Source of the DNA: a virus
Lineage: Duplodnaviria > Caudoviricetes
Direction: 5' to 3' (one strand)
IMG/VR virus record: IMGVR_UViG_3300007735_000667
Span: 1-35,713 of that record
DNA length: 35,713 bases
The notes beneath the pieces are model-generated. The model was not told the origin of the DNA. It saw only the letters and a list, made by a program, of their open reading frames with translations, and did no database searches. The position numbers and the translations under genes were made by a program. Positions 24,152 to 34,616 of the stretch are shown piece by piece. How positions within the stretch are numbered: the first letter of the stretch is position 1; each line of letters opens with the position of its first letter.

Positions 24152-26161
24152 TTATTTATTAAGTTGTGCTTTAAGACTATCTACTTCTGCTTTGAGTTCT
24201 TGAACAGCTTTTATTAGGATTGGCACAAAAACAGAATATTTAATTTCTTTGTAATCATCTCCATCCTTTTCTAAGTTATGAGTAACTACAAGATTTGGGA
24301 ATACTTGCTCTACTTCTTGAGCAATTAAGCCAATTTCTTTAGTGCCACCATCAGATTCTTTCCATTCATAATTCCGAACTTTTAATTGGCAAATGTCGTT
24401 CAATTTAGGAGAGGCATCAACAATGTTCTTTTTTAACCTTTCATCAGAACGACCTGATGTAGTTCCATTACTCCAAATGGTGAAACAATCAGTAGTGCTA
24501 TCTATTGCTTTATAAAAATATTGAGTTGTATTGTTTGGCGATGCAGCACTAAACCTAGTTCTAAATCCGTAAGGTCTAGTTGCGGACTCATTAGTCATCT
24601 CAAAAATAAGTTCATCAGTAGCACTATTGTTAAATTCATAAAAATTAGCAGTTGTGCTTCTAAAATTGCCTGTAGAGCTAAATTTAGCTGCCCCACTAGC
24701 ATTTATGAACTGTCTAGGATTCCCATCTCCATCACTCAGCACAATGTAGTTAGATGCTGTGCGGATGTCTAAGCCACCATTGTTTCCAGAATAACCACCA
24801 ATAATGGTATTTTTTGAACCAGTAGTAATCGCTCCACCAGCACCGCCTGAAATACCAGCATCTACGCCAATAAATGTATTTCTAGTTCCTGTTGTTGCAT
24901 AATATCCAGCACTAACACCAATAAAAGTATTGTTAGCACCAGTTGTTAAATTGTAACCAGCACCTTTACCAATAATGGTTAGCTGTTGCCCTGTTGCATT
25001 GTATCCCGCAGTTGCGCCAACCATTGTATTTTCAGCACTTGTAGTATTACTATACCCAGCCTGATAACCTACTGCTGTGTTGTTAGATGCGGTGGTGTTG
25101 TTTACTAAAGACTGATAGCCAACTGCGGTATTGTTACCACCAGTTGTATTAAACCGTAATGCTTCATTACCAAAAGCAGAACTTGTAGATGCTGTGGTGT
25201 TTGACGCAAGTGCGTAAGTGCCAAATCCAGTATTGTTTGAACCAGTCGTATTAGCGGTCAATGCTTGAAATCCAAGACCATTGTTTTGTGAACCTGATGT
25301 ATTTGCCTTTAATGCTCTATAACCTACTGCAACTGTATATAAAGCACCAGTAGTTTGCGAATAAGCGGCTTCATATCCTATGGCTACACTTGCGTCTGCG
25401 GTAGTGTTGGAAAATAAAGCATCACGACCAATAGCCACATTTAATCCACCAGTAGTGTTTGATTGTAGTGCGCTTGTTCCGAAAGCATTATTGTTTGCGC
25501 CTGTGGTTGTAAACACAAGAGCATTTTCACCAAAAGCATTGTTGTAATTAGCTGTGGTTGTTTTTAGTGCGCTATTACCAAATGCTGTGTTTCCTGTGCC
25601 TGTTGTAACTGTATATAAAGCCTGATAACCAGCGCTAGTATTTACTCCAGTTGTATTAACAGCTAAAGCACCATTACCTAATGCTGTTGAACCACTAACA
25701 GCACCACCACCCTTACCAACAGTTAATCCGCTAATAGAAGCATCATTAGCCATTGTTACTGTAGTGCCATTAAAGGTGAAGTCGGCATCGTCTGTTAGCT
25801 GACCATTGGTTGTGGCATAAGTTACTCGACCAGATGTCAATCCTGTGCCAGTAATGGTAGAGAATCGACCTGTAGATGCTGTTGTAGCACCAATAGGAGT
25901 ATTGTTGATCGATCCACCAGAGATAACAGGGCTAGTAAAGGTATTGCCTGTAAAAGCTGCGCCAGTAATAGTTCCACCTGTGATCTTAGGTGCAGTCATG
26001 GTATATGTGCCATCTCTGATGCCATCTCCGCAGTCTCGGATCTGAGCCATCATGTCTCGCATGGTGTCATTTACTGCTGATGGGAGCATCCCCTCTGGAG
26101 CACCATCTGGAGGTGTCGCATTGTTATTAGCAGGGGTTAGAGAATATTTTGTATATGCCAT
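24152..26161 (-). CDS. Tail fibre/spike with C-terminal intramolecular chaperone (peptidase S74)
   Basis: N-terminal PEGMLPSAVND anchor, many ~14-aa NxAxGxxAL..NTT repeats, and SDERLKKNI..GLIAQEVE..PILIKAVQEL. Confidence 0.9.
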   Translation of the reverse strand: MAYTKYSLTPANNNATPPDGAPEGMLPSAVNDTMRDMMAQIRDCGDGIRDGTYTMTAPKITGGTITGAAFTGNTFTSPVISGGSINNTPIGATTASTGRFSTITGTGLTSGRVTYATTNGQLTDDADFTFNGTTVTMANDASISGLTVGKGGGAVSGSTALGNGALAVNTTGVNTSAGYQALYTVTTGTGNTAFGNSALKTTTANYNNAFGENALVFTTTGANNNAFGTSALQSNTTGGLNVAIGRDALFSNTTADASVAIGYEAAYSQTTGALYTVAVGYRALKANTSGSQNNGLGFQALTANTTGSNNTGFGTYALASNTTASTSSAFGNEALRFNTTGGNNTAVGYQSLVNNTTASNNTAVGYQAGYSNTTSAENTMVGATAGYNATGQQLTIIGKGAGYNLTTGANNTFIGVSAGYYATTGTRNTFIGVDAGISGGAGGAITTGSKNTIIGGYSGNNGGLDIRTASNYIVLSDGDGNPRQFINASGAAKFSSTGNFRSTTANFYEFNNSATDELIFEMTNESATRPYGFRTRFSAASPNNTTQYFYKAIDSTTDCFTIWSNGTTSGRSDERLKKNIVDASPKLNDICQLKVRNYEWKESDGGTKEIGLIAQEVEQVFPNLVVTHNLEKDGDDYKEIKYSVFVPILIKAVQELKAEVDSLKAQLNK

Positions 26162-26169
26162 GATTTTCC

Positions 26170-28068
26170 TTACTCAGTTATTCCGAATGCAGCACCATAA
26201 CCTAAGTTAAGTGCTTTTCTTTGTAATTCTTTACTTAAAGGTTCTACATTAGTAGTTGTTGCTTTAGTCATCAGTCTTGCAGCTAACTTAGGATCTAACA
26301 TTGCATCGACCAATAATTCCCTGATTTGGTCATCTGTGCCATTGTAAAGCCAGTTAAGAGGTGCTACAACCTTATTAGCTGCTGCTGGCACTTGACCAAA
26401 CATCTGTTTGCCGATAATTCCACCGATAACATTAGCTGTAGAAAGATTCTTGAATGTGTCCGATCCTGGCACTCTGCCTGATTTATTAAGAACACCAGAA
26501 TCTAAGTCTCTGCCAACTCTTTCTAAAATCCTTACTTGCATCTGAGACATATCTGTTTCTTTTGCTGCTGCTCGGATAGCCCTAGTAAAGTTAGGCTGAG
26601 AAATCATATACTGACCTACATTGATTGGATCAGGAATTGTAGATAGCACCTTTGCTCTGAAACCTTGTGCTGCCTCTACTTTTTCTATGTTTTTGCTGCG
26701 TTGAGCATAGACCTTTAGATAATCTTTGTATCCAGGAGCAGACGAATCAATAACATCATCTACAGCACGAATAACAGACTCTAATTGACCTTTTGCTTGG
26801 CTGTATGCAGAACCTTCTTTATCGAGCAAACCTTGTGCTGCTGCCCTTAAATCTTTGCGAACTTCGTATAAAGCCTGGACTGAATCTGCACGATTAACAG
26901 AGTTCTTAGCAAAGTTCATTGCATTGATAACTGTTGATCGTTTTCCAGTAGGAGATGCCAAAATGTCATCAATTTGTTTATTTACTACCAAAGAGATAGC
27001 AGATTGGATTTGCTCTGGTGTTTCTTTGGATGCAGCAAATGCAGCCTCTCGCATAGGAGCTGTAGCAGCCTCTCGATTAGCGATAGCAATATTGATAGTA
27101 TCTTGGTCTTTAGCCAATCGATCAATAATAGCCATACGAGCCTTGTTAGCCTCACTAGCTTGTGCAGCAAACTTGCCTGTAACATCCAATGCACGAATAG
27201 GTGTCTCTGCGGAAATTAAGCCAACATCTCTGCTTGCTTGTGCTGTCGTAGGTGTATATCCAGGAACTTCTGGCTGGAATTGTTCTATTCTGCGAACTGC
27301 TGTTTCTGGAGCATTGGATAATTGGCGCAATACATTACCAGCGATTACTTCTCTACCAGCCTCTGTAAATGGGCGAACTGTCTCACGAACCAATCGACCA
27401 GCAGCAGGAACTGCTGTAGTTGCTGTTCCAGGAGCTACCATACCACCTAATAAAGCCAATCCTAGCTGACCACCTGCTCCAACATCGGCATACTCTCGAC
27501 CAGCAGCAGATGCACCTGCGCCACCAACAGCAGCAGACATCTGTAAAGGTAAATTTTCTACAAAAAACTTTTCTGCTACAGATGGCTGTGTCAATGCTCT
27601 TTGACCAGCAGCCAATCCTCGCTGAACCAATGCAGCAGGAGCTGCAACACCTGAGATAGCAGAAGTAATGTCTTGGATTACCTTTTCACCTTTTGTTTCT
27701 GGCTGTGGCAATCCTACCTGAGTCAATCCTCTTTGTAGAACTTGGCTAGGCATCTCTAACTGCATACCAGTTGTAGGAGGCAAGCCTCTTTGCTCACGAA
27801 TAATGTTCTCAATACCAGCACTACCTTTGCTGATTAAGTTAATAAGTGTATTGAGAGCATCACCAGCTAATAGTGGCAAACCTGCTGCGCCTGTAACTGC
27901 TGCTCTAGCTGTAAGACCTAATTGCCTTCCAATTTCTTTACCAGTTGTAGGCTCTGCTTCTTGTAGAGATTGTTCAATTAGTCTTTGGGCTTGCTCAGGT
28001 GTAGTTCCTTCTGGAACTTCAAACTTTGCAATCCTGCCATCAGGCATTTCAAATCTTGCTATTGGCAT
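26170..28068 (-). CDS. Internal virion / DNA ejection protein (large)
   Basis: 632 aa, Ala-rich and helical, with N-terminal MPDGRIAKFEVPEG and C-terminal AMLDPKLAARL. Position matches P22 gp16. Confidence 0.65.
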   Translation of the reverse strand: MPIARFEMPDGRIAKFEVPEGTTPEQAQRLIEQSLQEAEPTTGKEIGRQLGLTARAAVTGAAGLPLLAGDALNTLINLISKGSAGIENIIREQRGLPPTTGMQLEMPSQVLQRGLTQVGLPQPETKGEKVIQDITSAISGVAAPAALVQRGLAAGQRALTQPSVAEKFFVENLPLQMSAAVGGAGASAAGREYADVGAGGQLGLALLGGMVAPGTATTAVPAAGRLVRETVRPFTEAGREVIAGNVLRQLSNAPETAVRRIEQFQPEVPGYTPTTAQASRDVGLISAETPIRALDVTGKFAAQASEANKARMAIIDRLAKDQDTINIAIANREAATAPMREAAFAASKETPEQIQSAISLVVNKQIDDILASPTGKRSTVINAMNFAKNSVNRADSVQALYEVRKDLRAAAQGLLDKEGSAYSQAKGQLESVIRAVDDVIDSSAPGYKDYLKVYAQRSKNIEKVEAAQGFRAKVLSTIPDPINVGQYMISQPNFTRAIRAAAKETDMSQMQVRILERVGRDLDSGVLNKSGRVPGSDTFKNLSTANVIGGIIGKQMFGQVPAAANKVVAPLNWLYNGTDDQIRELLVDAMLDPKLAARLMTKATTTNVEPLSKELQRKALNLGYGAAFGITE

Positions 28069-28077
28069 TTTATTGTC

Positions 28078-29325
28078 CTAAGGTTTCTCAAATCCTAAAA
28101 ATTTAACACCTCTTGCCGATGGAACATTTAATGTCTGTGGCTTTGGAACTTTGTTTACTTGATCGTAGAAATCTTTGGGCAATACTGCACCTAAACTTGC
28201 ATCATATTGCTGAACAGCAGTCAAATTAAACTCACCTTTTTTGTATAGATTTCTAGAGAAGTCAGCTATTTTTTCTGCTCTTTCTGCAAACCTACGATTA
28301 GCATCAGCCATCAATGCTCGACCAGACTCTGAGTTTGCAAGACTTGGAACAGAACTAATGTATGACTCAAATTCAATATTAGATGTTGCTCCAGATCCAG
28401 GGGGTCTTACCTTAACTGCTGTTTGCACTACTAAAGATTTAGCCAAATCGTTAGCTGTTACTGTTTCTGTATTCAAACCAAGATTTTTAGCTAATTCAGT
28501 TCCTAATTTAACTGCTGCGCCACCGCCTTTACCTTTTAACAATTCATTGATTTGTGTGGCAGATGTGGCAAACTGTCTTGCAGATACAGCTTGGTTTGTC
28601 AGATTTTCCACTACACCCTTATCAATCTCAGCCAAATTCTTTTCTGTTGGCATTACTTGAACTAGTGGCTTTTTACCAATTTCTTCAAACTGCTGATAGG
28701 TCATATCTTTAGGAACTAGACCCATTTGTTTAGCAGTTACAAACTCATCAATTTTTGTTGGTAACTTAGCTTGTTTTGTTGTAAGTTCTGCAAACTTTTC
28801 TGGGCTTGTTTCTGCAAGGTATTGCATAACAGCAGGTTGTAATTTTTCTAGATCAATCTGTGGTTTTGTTGGCAGGTTGCCTCGTAATGCTGCAACAGTT
28901 TCTGCTGTTGCCATATCTCCACCAAACTCAGGGCGAGATAACATTTCTAACTGAGATCCTGCACCTGTAGCCATTGGAATAGGTTGCGGAACTTGAGTTG
29001 TAGCACCTTTCAACAATTCTTGGTATCTTTGTTGTGCATCTTGTTTCTTTTTGAACTCAGCTAACTGCATACCAGTAACCATTTGCTTTAGAGTGCGATC
29101 AAAAGATTGCTGATAGCCTTCTGATCCTGCTGCCAAAGCTCCTGCTAATGCCTGTCCTGTGCTTACAGGGTATCTTTGAGTTCCAGACTGTGCCAACATA
29201 GCGATAGCAGCATTTAGCAAGGCTTGTTGTCCTGCATTCTGCTGCATCCTCTGTTGCTCGGCAGGACTAATAAACTGAGAGTAGTCTGGTTGCTGACCGA
29301 ATAAAGCTGATAGATCAATTGCCAT
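28078..29325 (-). CDS. Internal virion / DNA ejection protein
   Basis: Q/A-rich helical protein with GSGATSNIE motif, in the ejection module. Confidence 0.6.
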   Translation of the reverse strand: MAIDLSALFGQQPDYSQFISPAEQQRMQQNAGQQALLNAAIAMLAQSGTQRYPVSTGQALAGALAAGSEGYQQSFDRTLKQMVTGMQLAEFKKKQDAQQRYQELLKGATTQVPQPIPMATGAGSQLEMLSRPEFGGDMATAETVAALRGNLPTKPQIDLEKLQPAVMQYLAETSPEKFAELTTKQAKLPTKIDEFVTAKQMGLVPKDMTYQQFEEIGKKPLVQVMPTEKNLAEIDKGVVENLTNQAVSARQFATSATQINELLKGKGGGAAVKLGTELAKNLGLNTETVTANDLAKSLVVQTAVKVRPPGSGATSNIEFESYISSVPSLANSESGRALMADANRRFAERAEKIADFSRNLYKKGEFNLTAVQQYDASLGAVLPKDFYDQVNKVPKPQTLNVPSARGVKFLGFEKP

Positions 29326-29328
29326 AAT

Positions 29329-30135
29329 TTATCCTAGTAAAGAATTTGGATTTTGCTGTCTTTGGAGGGCTAATAAGTTATACAGACCAGAGTAATCAAC
29401 ATTTCCCTGTGGAATCTGTGTCCTTGAGCCTGTCATTGTTGGCATTGCTGCTGGCTGTGGTCTTTGACCTCCACCAAGTAATCCACTAGCCAATCGAGCA
29501 CCCTGTATTGCTTGACTTGTGCTGATAAGAGGCTTTGATACTGCTGGCAATGTGGATGTTAATCCTGTGCCACCTAATTCTGCTGCTGTATATCCTTGTG
29601 CAATGTTCTGTGCAATTGCTGCTTCTGATAGACCTTGTGCTGCTAAATTTGCTGCATCTGCTGCTACAAAAGAATCTACACCTGTTGCTGTTAAGTTCTG
29701 AGCAATAGTTGCTGCATCAAAGCCATTTGCGGCTAGATTTGCTGCATCTGCTGCGACTGTATAAGGCAATGCCTGTGTAACTGCTTGTGTTGCTGCTTGC
29801 TCTACTGCTGCTGCTGTAGCTGCATCAGACAACAATGTAGCACCAATAGTATCTGCGACAGCGCCTTCGCCTGCTAATGTAGCAAGTCCGGTTTCTGTTG
29901 CGCCTGTAAATGCTGCGCCTTCTGCAAGTGCGGGCGCCAAATATGGCGCTGCTACTGCTGCAGTTATTACTGCTGGTGTAATCCAGCCACCAGGTATTTC
30001 GCGATTAACTGTTGTGTCTACTTCTGCTAATGCTTTGCCAACAGGTTGTGTAATTGCTTTATCGATAGACTCGCCAACATCGCTTATTGCATTAGCGACA
30101 TCAGAAACAATTGGTATATCACCGCCAGCACACAT
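29329..30135 (-). CDS. Ala-rich internal virion protein with 30-aa duplication
   Basis: MCAGG start. VAADAANLAAxG..A.IAQN occurs twice. Confidence 0.6.
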   Translation of the reverse strand: MCAGGDIPIVSDVANAISDVGESIDKAITQPVGKALAEVDTTVNREIPGGWITPAVITAAVAAPYLAPALAEGAAFTGATETGLATLAGEGAVADTIGATLLSDAATAAAVEQAATQAVTQALPYTVAADAANLAANGFDAATIAQNLTATGVDSFVAADAANLAAQGLSEAAIAQNIAQGYTAAELGGTGLTSTLPAVSKPLISTSQAIQGARLASGLLGGGQRPQPAAMPTMTGSRTQIPQGNVDYSGLYNLLALQRQQNPNSLLG

Positions 30136-30137
30136 AG

Positions 30138-30581
30138 TTAATCCTTTAAATGTTTTATTGTGTTAAAGCCAACAGTTTTATAACCTAGTCTTTCATAAAA
30201 CTGTCTAGTTTTATCTATCTCTACTGCTGTTGTCTGTCCTAGATGCAGATCATCTGCGCCTATTTCTTTAGCCCAATTTTCTAATGATTTTACTAATTTA
30301 AGTGCTGCTCTACTACCCCTAAATTCAGGCAATACATAGAAACCAAGATCATTTGCTTTTTTGCGATTGCTAAAAAAATACTCATGAGCAATGCCAGAAA
30401 TAAAGCCTATTATTTTGTCATTCTCTATCGCGATAAAGCCAACTGCATTTGGATTTTTGTATAACTGCAAAATCTTGTGTTTTTCAGGTGCTGCATAAGA
30501 AAATTCTGCTTCGGCTACCATCTTAGTAACCAACTCATAAAACTCCTCTAAACGATGTAGAGATAGCTTTTCTATTATCAG
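30138..30581 (-). CDS. GNAT-family acetyltransferase (probable CTG start)
   Basis: FYVLPEFRGSRAA..L and FYERLGY motifs. The frame is open to CTG at 30581 behind AGGAGG. Confidence 0.8.
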   Translation of the reverse strand: MIIEKLSLHRLEEFYELVTKMVAEAEFSYAAPEKHKILQLYKNPNAVGFIAIENDKIIGFISGIAHEYFFSNRKKANDLGFYVLPEFRGSRAALKLVKSLENWAKEIGADDLHLGQTTAVEIDKTRQFYERLGYKTVGFNTIKHLKD

Positions 30582-31489
30582 AAGAAGCCTCCTAATAAAC
30601 CACCTAATGCTGCTCCACCTGCTGCGCCATAACCAGCACCAATAGAAGGGAATGCTTGACCCAATGCATAGCCACCTAGACCACCTGTAAGAGCACCACC
30701 AAGAATGCCTGCTCCTCGATTTTGGAAAGTAGGAGCATTGGTTGTGGTTGTGCCATAGCTGCCTAATGGAGTGCCATAAACCGATGACAAGAATCCTTGC
30801 AACTGCTGATAAGGTAATTGCTGTTGGAATTGATACCTAGCCAACTGCTCTTGTAGAGGTTGTGCTGCGATAGCCTCTTGTTGAGCACCGACTTGAGCTA
30901 ATGTCTGAGATGGCAAGAATTGCTGACTGTAGAACTGTGGTGCAAATCCAGCCAATTGAGCCTGTTGTAATTGAGCTTGTTGCTGTAGTCCTCTTTCTTG
31001 CTGATACTGAGTTCCTGCAATATTGGCTGTAATATCACCTAGAGACCGACCAAAAGCCTCTGTAGCAGTTCCTAATGCTCTTTCCATAGCACCGCTACCT
31101 AATCGACCAGATCGGCTGTAAAGGCTCGAAATGCCTGGCAATACTGCTTGGCTAAACTGTTGGGTTAGTGGGCGAGTAGCAGCCTCCATCATGGCTTGTT
31201 GATATGGGTTTGCATTTAAGAAACCGCCTGCTGCTGTCTGTCCGACCTGACCCAAAGATGCCTGATAAGCCTGCTGTGCCTGTTGCAGAACAGGACTTTG
31301 CTGGCGAGCCAATGCCTCTTGCTGTGCAATAGCCTCAGTAGTAGCTGCCGATGGGCTTACATATGTTTGACCAGGAAAGAACTCTGGTTGCTGACCTGTC
31401 AAAAATAACTGTTCGGCTCGCTGTAAACCTGTTTGTAGATAGGGCAATAATGTTGGGTCTATCTGTGAGGTTTGGGTGGTAGTTGCCAT
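30578..31489 (-). CDS. Gln-rich internal virion / DNA pilot-like protein
   Basis: Q-rich, with NPY motif and Gly-rich hydrophobic C-terminus. Confidence 0.6.
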   Translation of the reverse strand: MATTTQTSQIDPTLLPYLQTGLQRAEQLFLTGQQPEFFPGQTYVSPSAATTEAIAQQEALARQQSPVLQQAQQAYQASLGQVGQTAAGGFLNANPYQQAMMEAATRPLTQQFSQAVLPGISSLYSRSGRLGSGAMERALGTATEAFGRSLGDITANIAGTQYQQERGLQQQAQLQQAQLAGFAPQFYSQQFLPSQTLAQVGAQQEAIAAQPLQEQLARYQFQQQLPYQQLQGFLSSVYGTPLGSYGTTTTNAPTFQNRGAGILGGALTGGLGGYALGQAFPSIGAGYGAAGGAALGGLLGGFF

Positions 31490-31497
31490 AGTTTTCC

Positions 31498-32292
31498 TTA
31501 TCCTACGATAATATATTTATAAGTCATACCTGATACTGAATTAGCAGGATGACTAATGGTTGCGCTTCCTGCTGTTGTTGCTGATATATAAGGCATTGTA
31601 AAAAGATTGCTTGTGTATCCATTCGATGACAGATAGCTTAGTGTTGCTATTACCGATGGAATTGCAGGTCTTGTTGGACTTGTTCCTGCTGGTAAACTTT
31701 GCAAAGATACTGTCGTGCTATCTGTAGACCACATAATTTGCACATAATCATTTTTTTCTAGTGCAATAAAAAAGTTTAAGGCTGCAATCAAATGTCCATC
31801 TACTGATCCATGCCTATTTGGGACAGAATATCGACTGTTACTATTTGCTATATCTGTGCCATTTTTTCTAAACCAAATGTCAATATCATGAATAGAGCTA
31901 TCTGTATTTACAAATTGTGCAGAAAACTGCAAATTGTATAAACCAGAATAGCTGACATTTAGTCTAGAGCTATTTGATAACGATGCACCAAGACTGTAAT
32001 CTGTGGTGTCATATGTCATTGCATAAGCAGTAGTAGTGTTTGCTGCTGTTTGATCTGTAGAATCTTGAACAGCTAAATATGGGTAAAAGCTACTAGCAGA
32101 AACATCATCTGCTGGCACTAAAACGATTACAGAATCAGCGCCAATTCGAGCATCTGTGATTGTTGTAGTGCTTGCACCACCTGTCGCTAAAGTAATAGAG
32201 CCAGTATTGTTGGTTTTGCCATTCATAATCCCATTGACTACTTCGGCAACACCTCGCTGATCTGCTCCGAAAGGAGGCAAAACTCTATACAT
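31498..32292 (-). CDS. Virion tail protein with beta-sandwich insert
   Basis: S/T-rich, with GLYNLQFSAQF..WFRKNG..DYVQIMW segment. Located in the tail module. Confidence 0.6.
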   Translation of the reverse strand: MYRVLPPFGADQRGVAEVVNGIMNGKTNNTGSITLATGGASTTTITDARIGADSVIVLVPADDVSASSFYPYLAVQDSTDQTAANTTTAYAMTYDTTDYSLGASLSNSSRLNVSYSGLYNLQFSAQFVNTDSSIHDIDIWFRKNGTDIANSNSRYSVPNRHGSVDGHLIAALNFFIALEKNDYVQIMWSTDSTTVSLQSLPAGTSPTRPAIPSVIATLSYLSSNGYTSNLFTMPYISATTAGSATISHPANSVSGMTYKYIIVG

Positions 32293-33740
32293 TATCTAGT
32301 TCCTAATGGGCTTAAATCAATGTCCATTCCTACTGTATTTGTCCAACTGCCTGTAGGTGTTAATTGTAGACGATGATACCGCCCAACACCACGAATTGAC
32401 ACTCTATTTTCTGCATCGGCTGCACTTTGAGAGCCAAATACTAAAGACTCTGTAAGCAGTCTGCGAGATAGTAACGCTACCGATCCAGAACCATTATCTA
32501 CAATTGGCTTTGCCATCGTAATTGCCGAGGTTGCACCAGGCACTTCTATATCGCCTGTCTCAATGTAGGCTGTAGCATTTGCGCCAGAGAATGTAACAAT
32601 CTTTGCGCCATCTAGTCCTGCAAACTGCATCTTACCGCCTAGCCAGATTCGGCTATCAAATGATGTAGAAATTGTATCTACATTCCCAAATGTATCTAAA
32701 CCTTCTAGCAATACTGTTGGTGTAGAACTTGTGGCAATCCAATCAACTGTAATTGTTCCGCTAGTCCATTTATTTGTCTGGAAATTGTAGATCAGCATTT
32801 TGTCTGGAGTAGCAGAGCTTTGGCTTGCATAAGCCCAGATAATTAGCTTTCTGTATGGATCTACAGCAGCAGACATAAGGTTTAAAGAACCTTCATCTAC
32901 ATCATTAAAGAAATAGCGATTTACTTTCTCATTGCCGATAGGAATTACTTGCTGACCATCACAGGCATAGAAACCATCGTCTGATAGAAAGAAAGTAGTG
33001 CCAGAATACTGAATAATGCTGTTTGCCTCATAGCATCCAAGGTTTCGGCTGATGTTGTCGAATTGGAATACTAAAGGGCTACCGATGTAGCTCATGCGAT
33101 GGATTGACCGATCCATGAGAACCAACCCAAATTCACCACCAGTTACACCAACAACTGAGCCACCATCAGGAATGTCTTGGTAGTCTGCTTGTGTAGTAGC
33201 CGAGTTAGTCCAGCTAGACTCATCGCCCAATGCTGACCATTGCACTCGATTTGGATATACAGTAGCTGAGTTTATATAAGCTGAGACTACAAAGTCTCTA
33301 ACGACTGTTACATATCGAGCTTCTGGTGCATCTGCTGCTAGATTATCAAATAATGTAGAACTATTGAGGTTAAATCCTTGTAACTTTGCGCCACCATTGG
33401 CTGCAATAATGACATTACCAAACTGAGTAAATCTCCATCTTTGGTTTGTCGGTGTTGTGTAGTTTCCTGACTTAGATACATTGTCCAATGATAGATCTGA
33501 TGTATCTAATTTAAATAGCTTTGTAGAGCCTCCAGCAAACACTAATGTTGTGCCATCAGACTTTCTGCCTGCAACCACATTATTTAGGTTCTCGGATGCC
33601 GATCCAGAGTAGTCTACTGCTGTCTGAATAGCACCATATCCTACAGCTTTAGAAAAGACATTCTCTGCCCTTTGTAAGCCATTGGTAATGCCTGGCTGAT
33701 CTGGAGTCCACTCTCCGAAAGTTATTCTACTTATTGCCAT
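32292..33740 (-). CDS. Tail nozzle / P22 gp10-like packaged-DNA stabilisation protein
   Basis: FGEWTPDQP, RVQWSAL and IGNEKVNRYF motifs, beta-propeller-like, 482 aa. Confidence 0.75.
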   Translation of the reverse strand: MAISRITFGEWTPDQPGITNGLQRAENVFSKAVGYGAIQTAVDYSGSASENLNNVVAGRKSDGTTLVFAGGSTKLFKLDTSDLSLDNVSKSGNYTTPTNQRWRFTQFGNVIIAANGGAKLQGFNLNSSTLFDNLAADAPEARYVTVVRDFVVSAYINSATVYPNRVQWSALGDESSWTNSATTQADYQDIPDGGSVVGVTGGEFGLVLMDRSIHRMSYIGSPLVFQFDNISRNLGCYEANSIIQYSGTTFFLSDDGFYACDGQQVIPIGNEKVNRYFFNDVDEGSLNLMSAAVDPYRKLIIWAYASQSSATPDKMLIYNFQTNKWTSGTITVDWIATSSTPTVLLEGLDTFGNVDTISTSFDSRIWLGGKMQFAGLDGAKIVTFSGANATAYIETGDIEVPGATSAITMAKPIVDNGSGSVALLSRRLLTESLVFGSQSAADAENRVSIRGVGRYHRLQLTPTGSWTNTVGMDIDLSPLGTR

Positions 33741-34615
33741 TGTGAGTTTCCGCTAGATATGTCTGTCCATACAGTAGTGCTTGCTGCTGTGGCTGTCCAA
33801 GTCTCTGATCCTGCTGATGCCACAGTCCATACTGTTGCACTAGGTGCAATACCTGTCCAAGCCTCTGTGCCTACTGTTTCGTCTGTCCAATTATCGCCTA
33901 GAACTCTGCCAAAGCAATTGACTAGGGCTATACCATTTACTGTTGCTACTGCGCTGTAGATTGCTATAGGATTAGCTGTAACTGTGGCAAAGGCTGTTAC
34001 TGATGCATCACCACTATATTGCACACCACCTAACGCAGTTACTGTCGCTGTTGCTGAGATGCTGCCAGAACTTAATCTTTCTCTGATTGCTGATGCAGAG
34101 GCAGACCCTGATGCTGAAATAGAGCCAGAGCTTGTTCTAATCCTGAGAGCATCTGCCGATACTGTGCCTGTAGCTGAGACTGCACCAGATCCTGCAAATA
34201 TTCCATATCCATTTGCCGAAACCATAGCCAAAGCCGAAACAGAGCCTGTGCTTGTTCTAACCCTGATTGCTTGTGCATTTACTGTTCCTTGGGCTGTTAC
34301 TGAGCCTGATCCACTACGAATCGCAAAACCATTACCAGTTACTGTGGCACTTCCTGTAATAGAGCCAGATGATGTTCTGGTTCTAATGGCAGCAGCAGTT
34401 GCTGTGCCTGTTCCTGTTACCGACCCTGATGCATTCCTTATCGCATAGCCATTAGCACTAGCAGTAGCGACACCAGAGATGCTGGCATCTCCATAGTAGA
34501 TGCAGGTGCTAGTCGAGTTCCATGCAGGATCATCAAATGAGACAAGGATCTGTTCAAGAGTTCCGAACTGATCAATGTTGTCAATTGTGAATGCACCACA
34601 ATAATCTGCTGGCAT
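33731..34615 (-). CDS. Virion protein with ~21-aa S/T/A/G-rich repeats
   Basis: Repeated SGS[VI][TS]AxxTVxAxAIRxR units and C-terminal W-T repeats. Confidence 0.65.
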   Translation of the reverse strand: MPADYCGAFTIDNIDQFGTLEQILVSFDDPAWNSTSTCIYYGDASISGVATASANGYAIRNASGSVTGTGTATAAAIRTRTSSGSITGSATVTGNGFAIRSGSGSVTAQGTVNAQAIRVRTSTGSVSALAMVSANGYGIFAGSGAVSATGTVSADALRIRTSSGSISASGSASASAIRERLSSGSISATATVTALGGVQYSGDASVTAFATVTANPIAIYSAVATVNGIALVNCFGRVLGDNWTDETVGTEAWTGIAPSATVWTVASAGSETWTATAASTTVWTDISSGNSQWQ

Positions 34616-34616
34616 A

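Noticed and set aside
24800-25720. Tail-fibre repeats as CRISPR array or DGR template
   Set aside because: They are degenerate protein-level repeats within one ORF. No identical DNA repeats with spacers and no reverse transcriptase are seen.
26855-27469. Long antisense ORFs (also 28241-28660, 33984-34448, 10216-10524 and others)
   Set aside because: They are shadows of Ala/Thr-rich or biased minus-strand genes and show no recognisable motifs.
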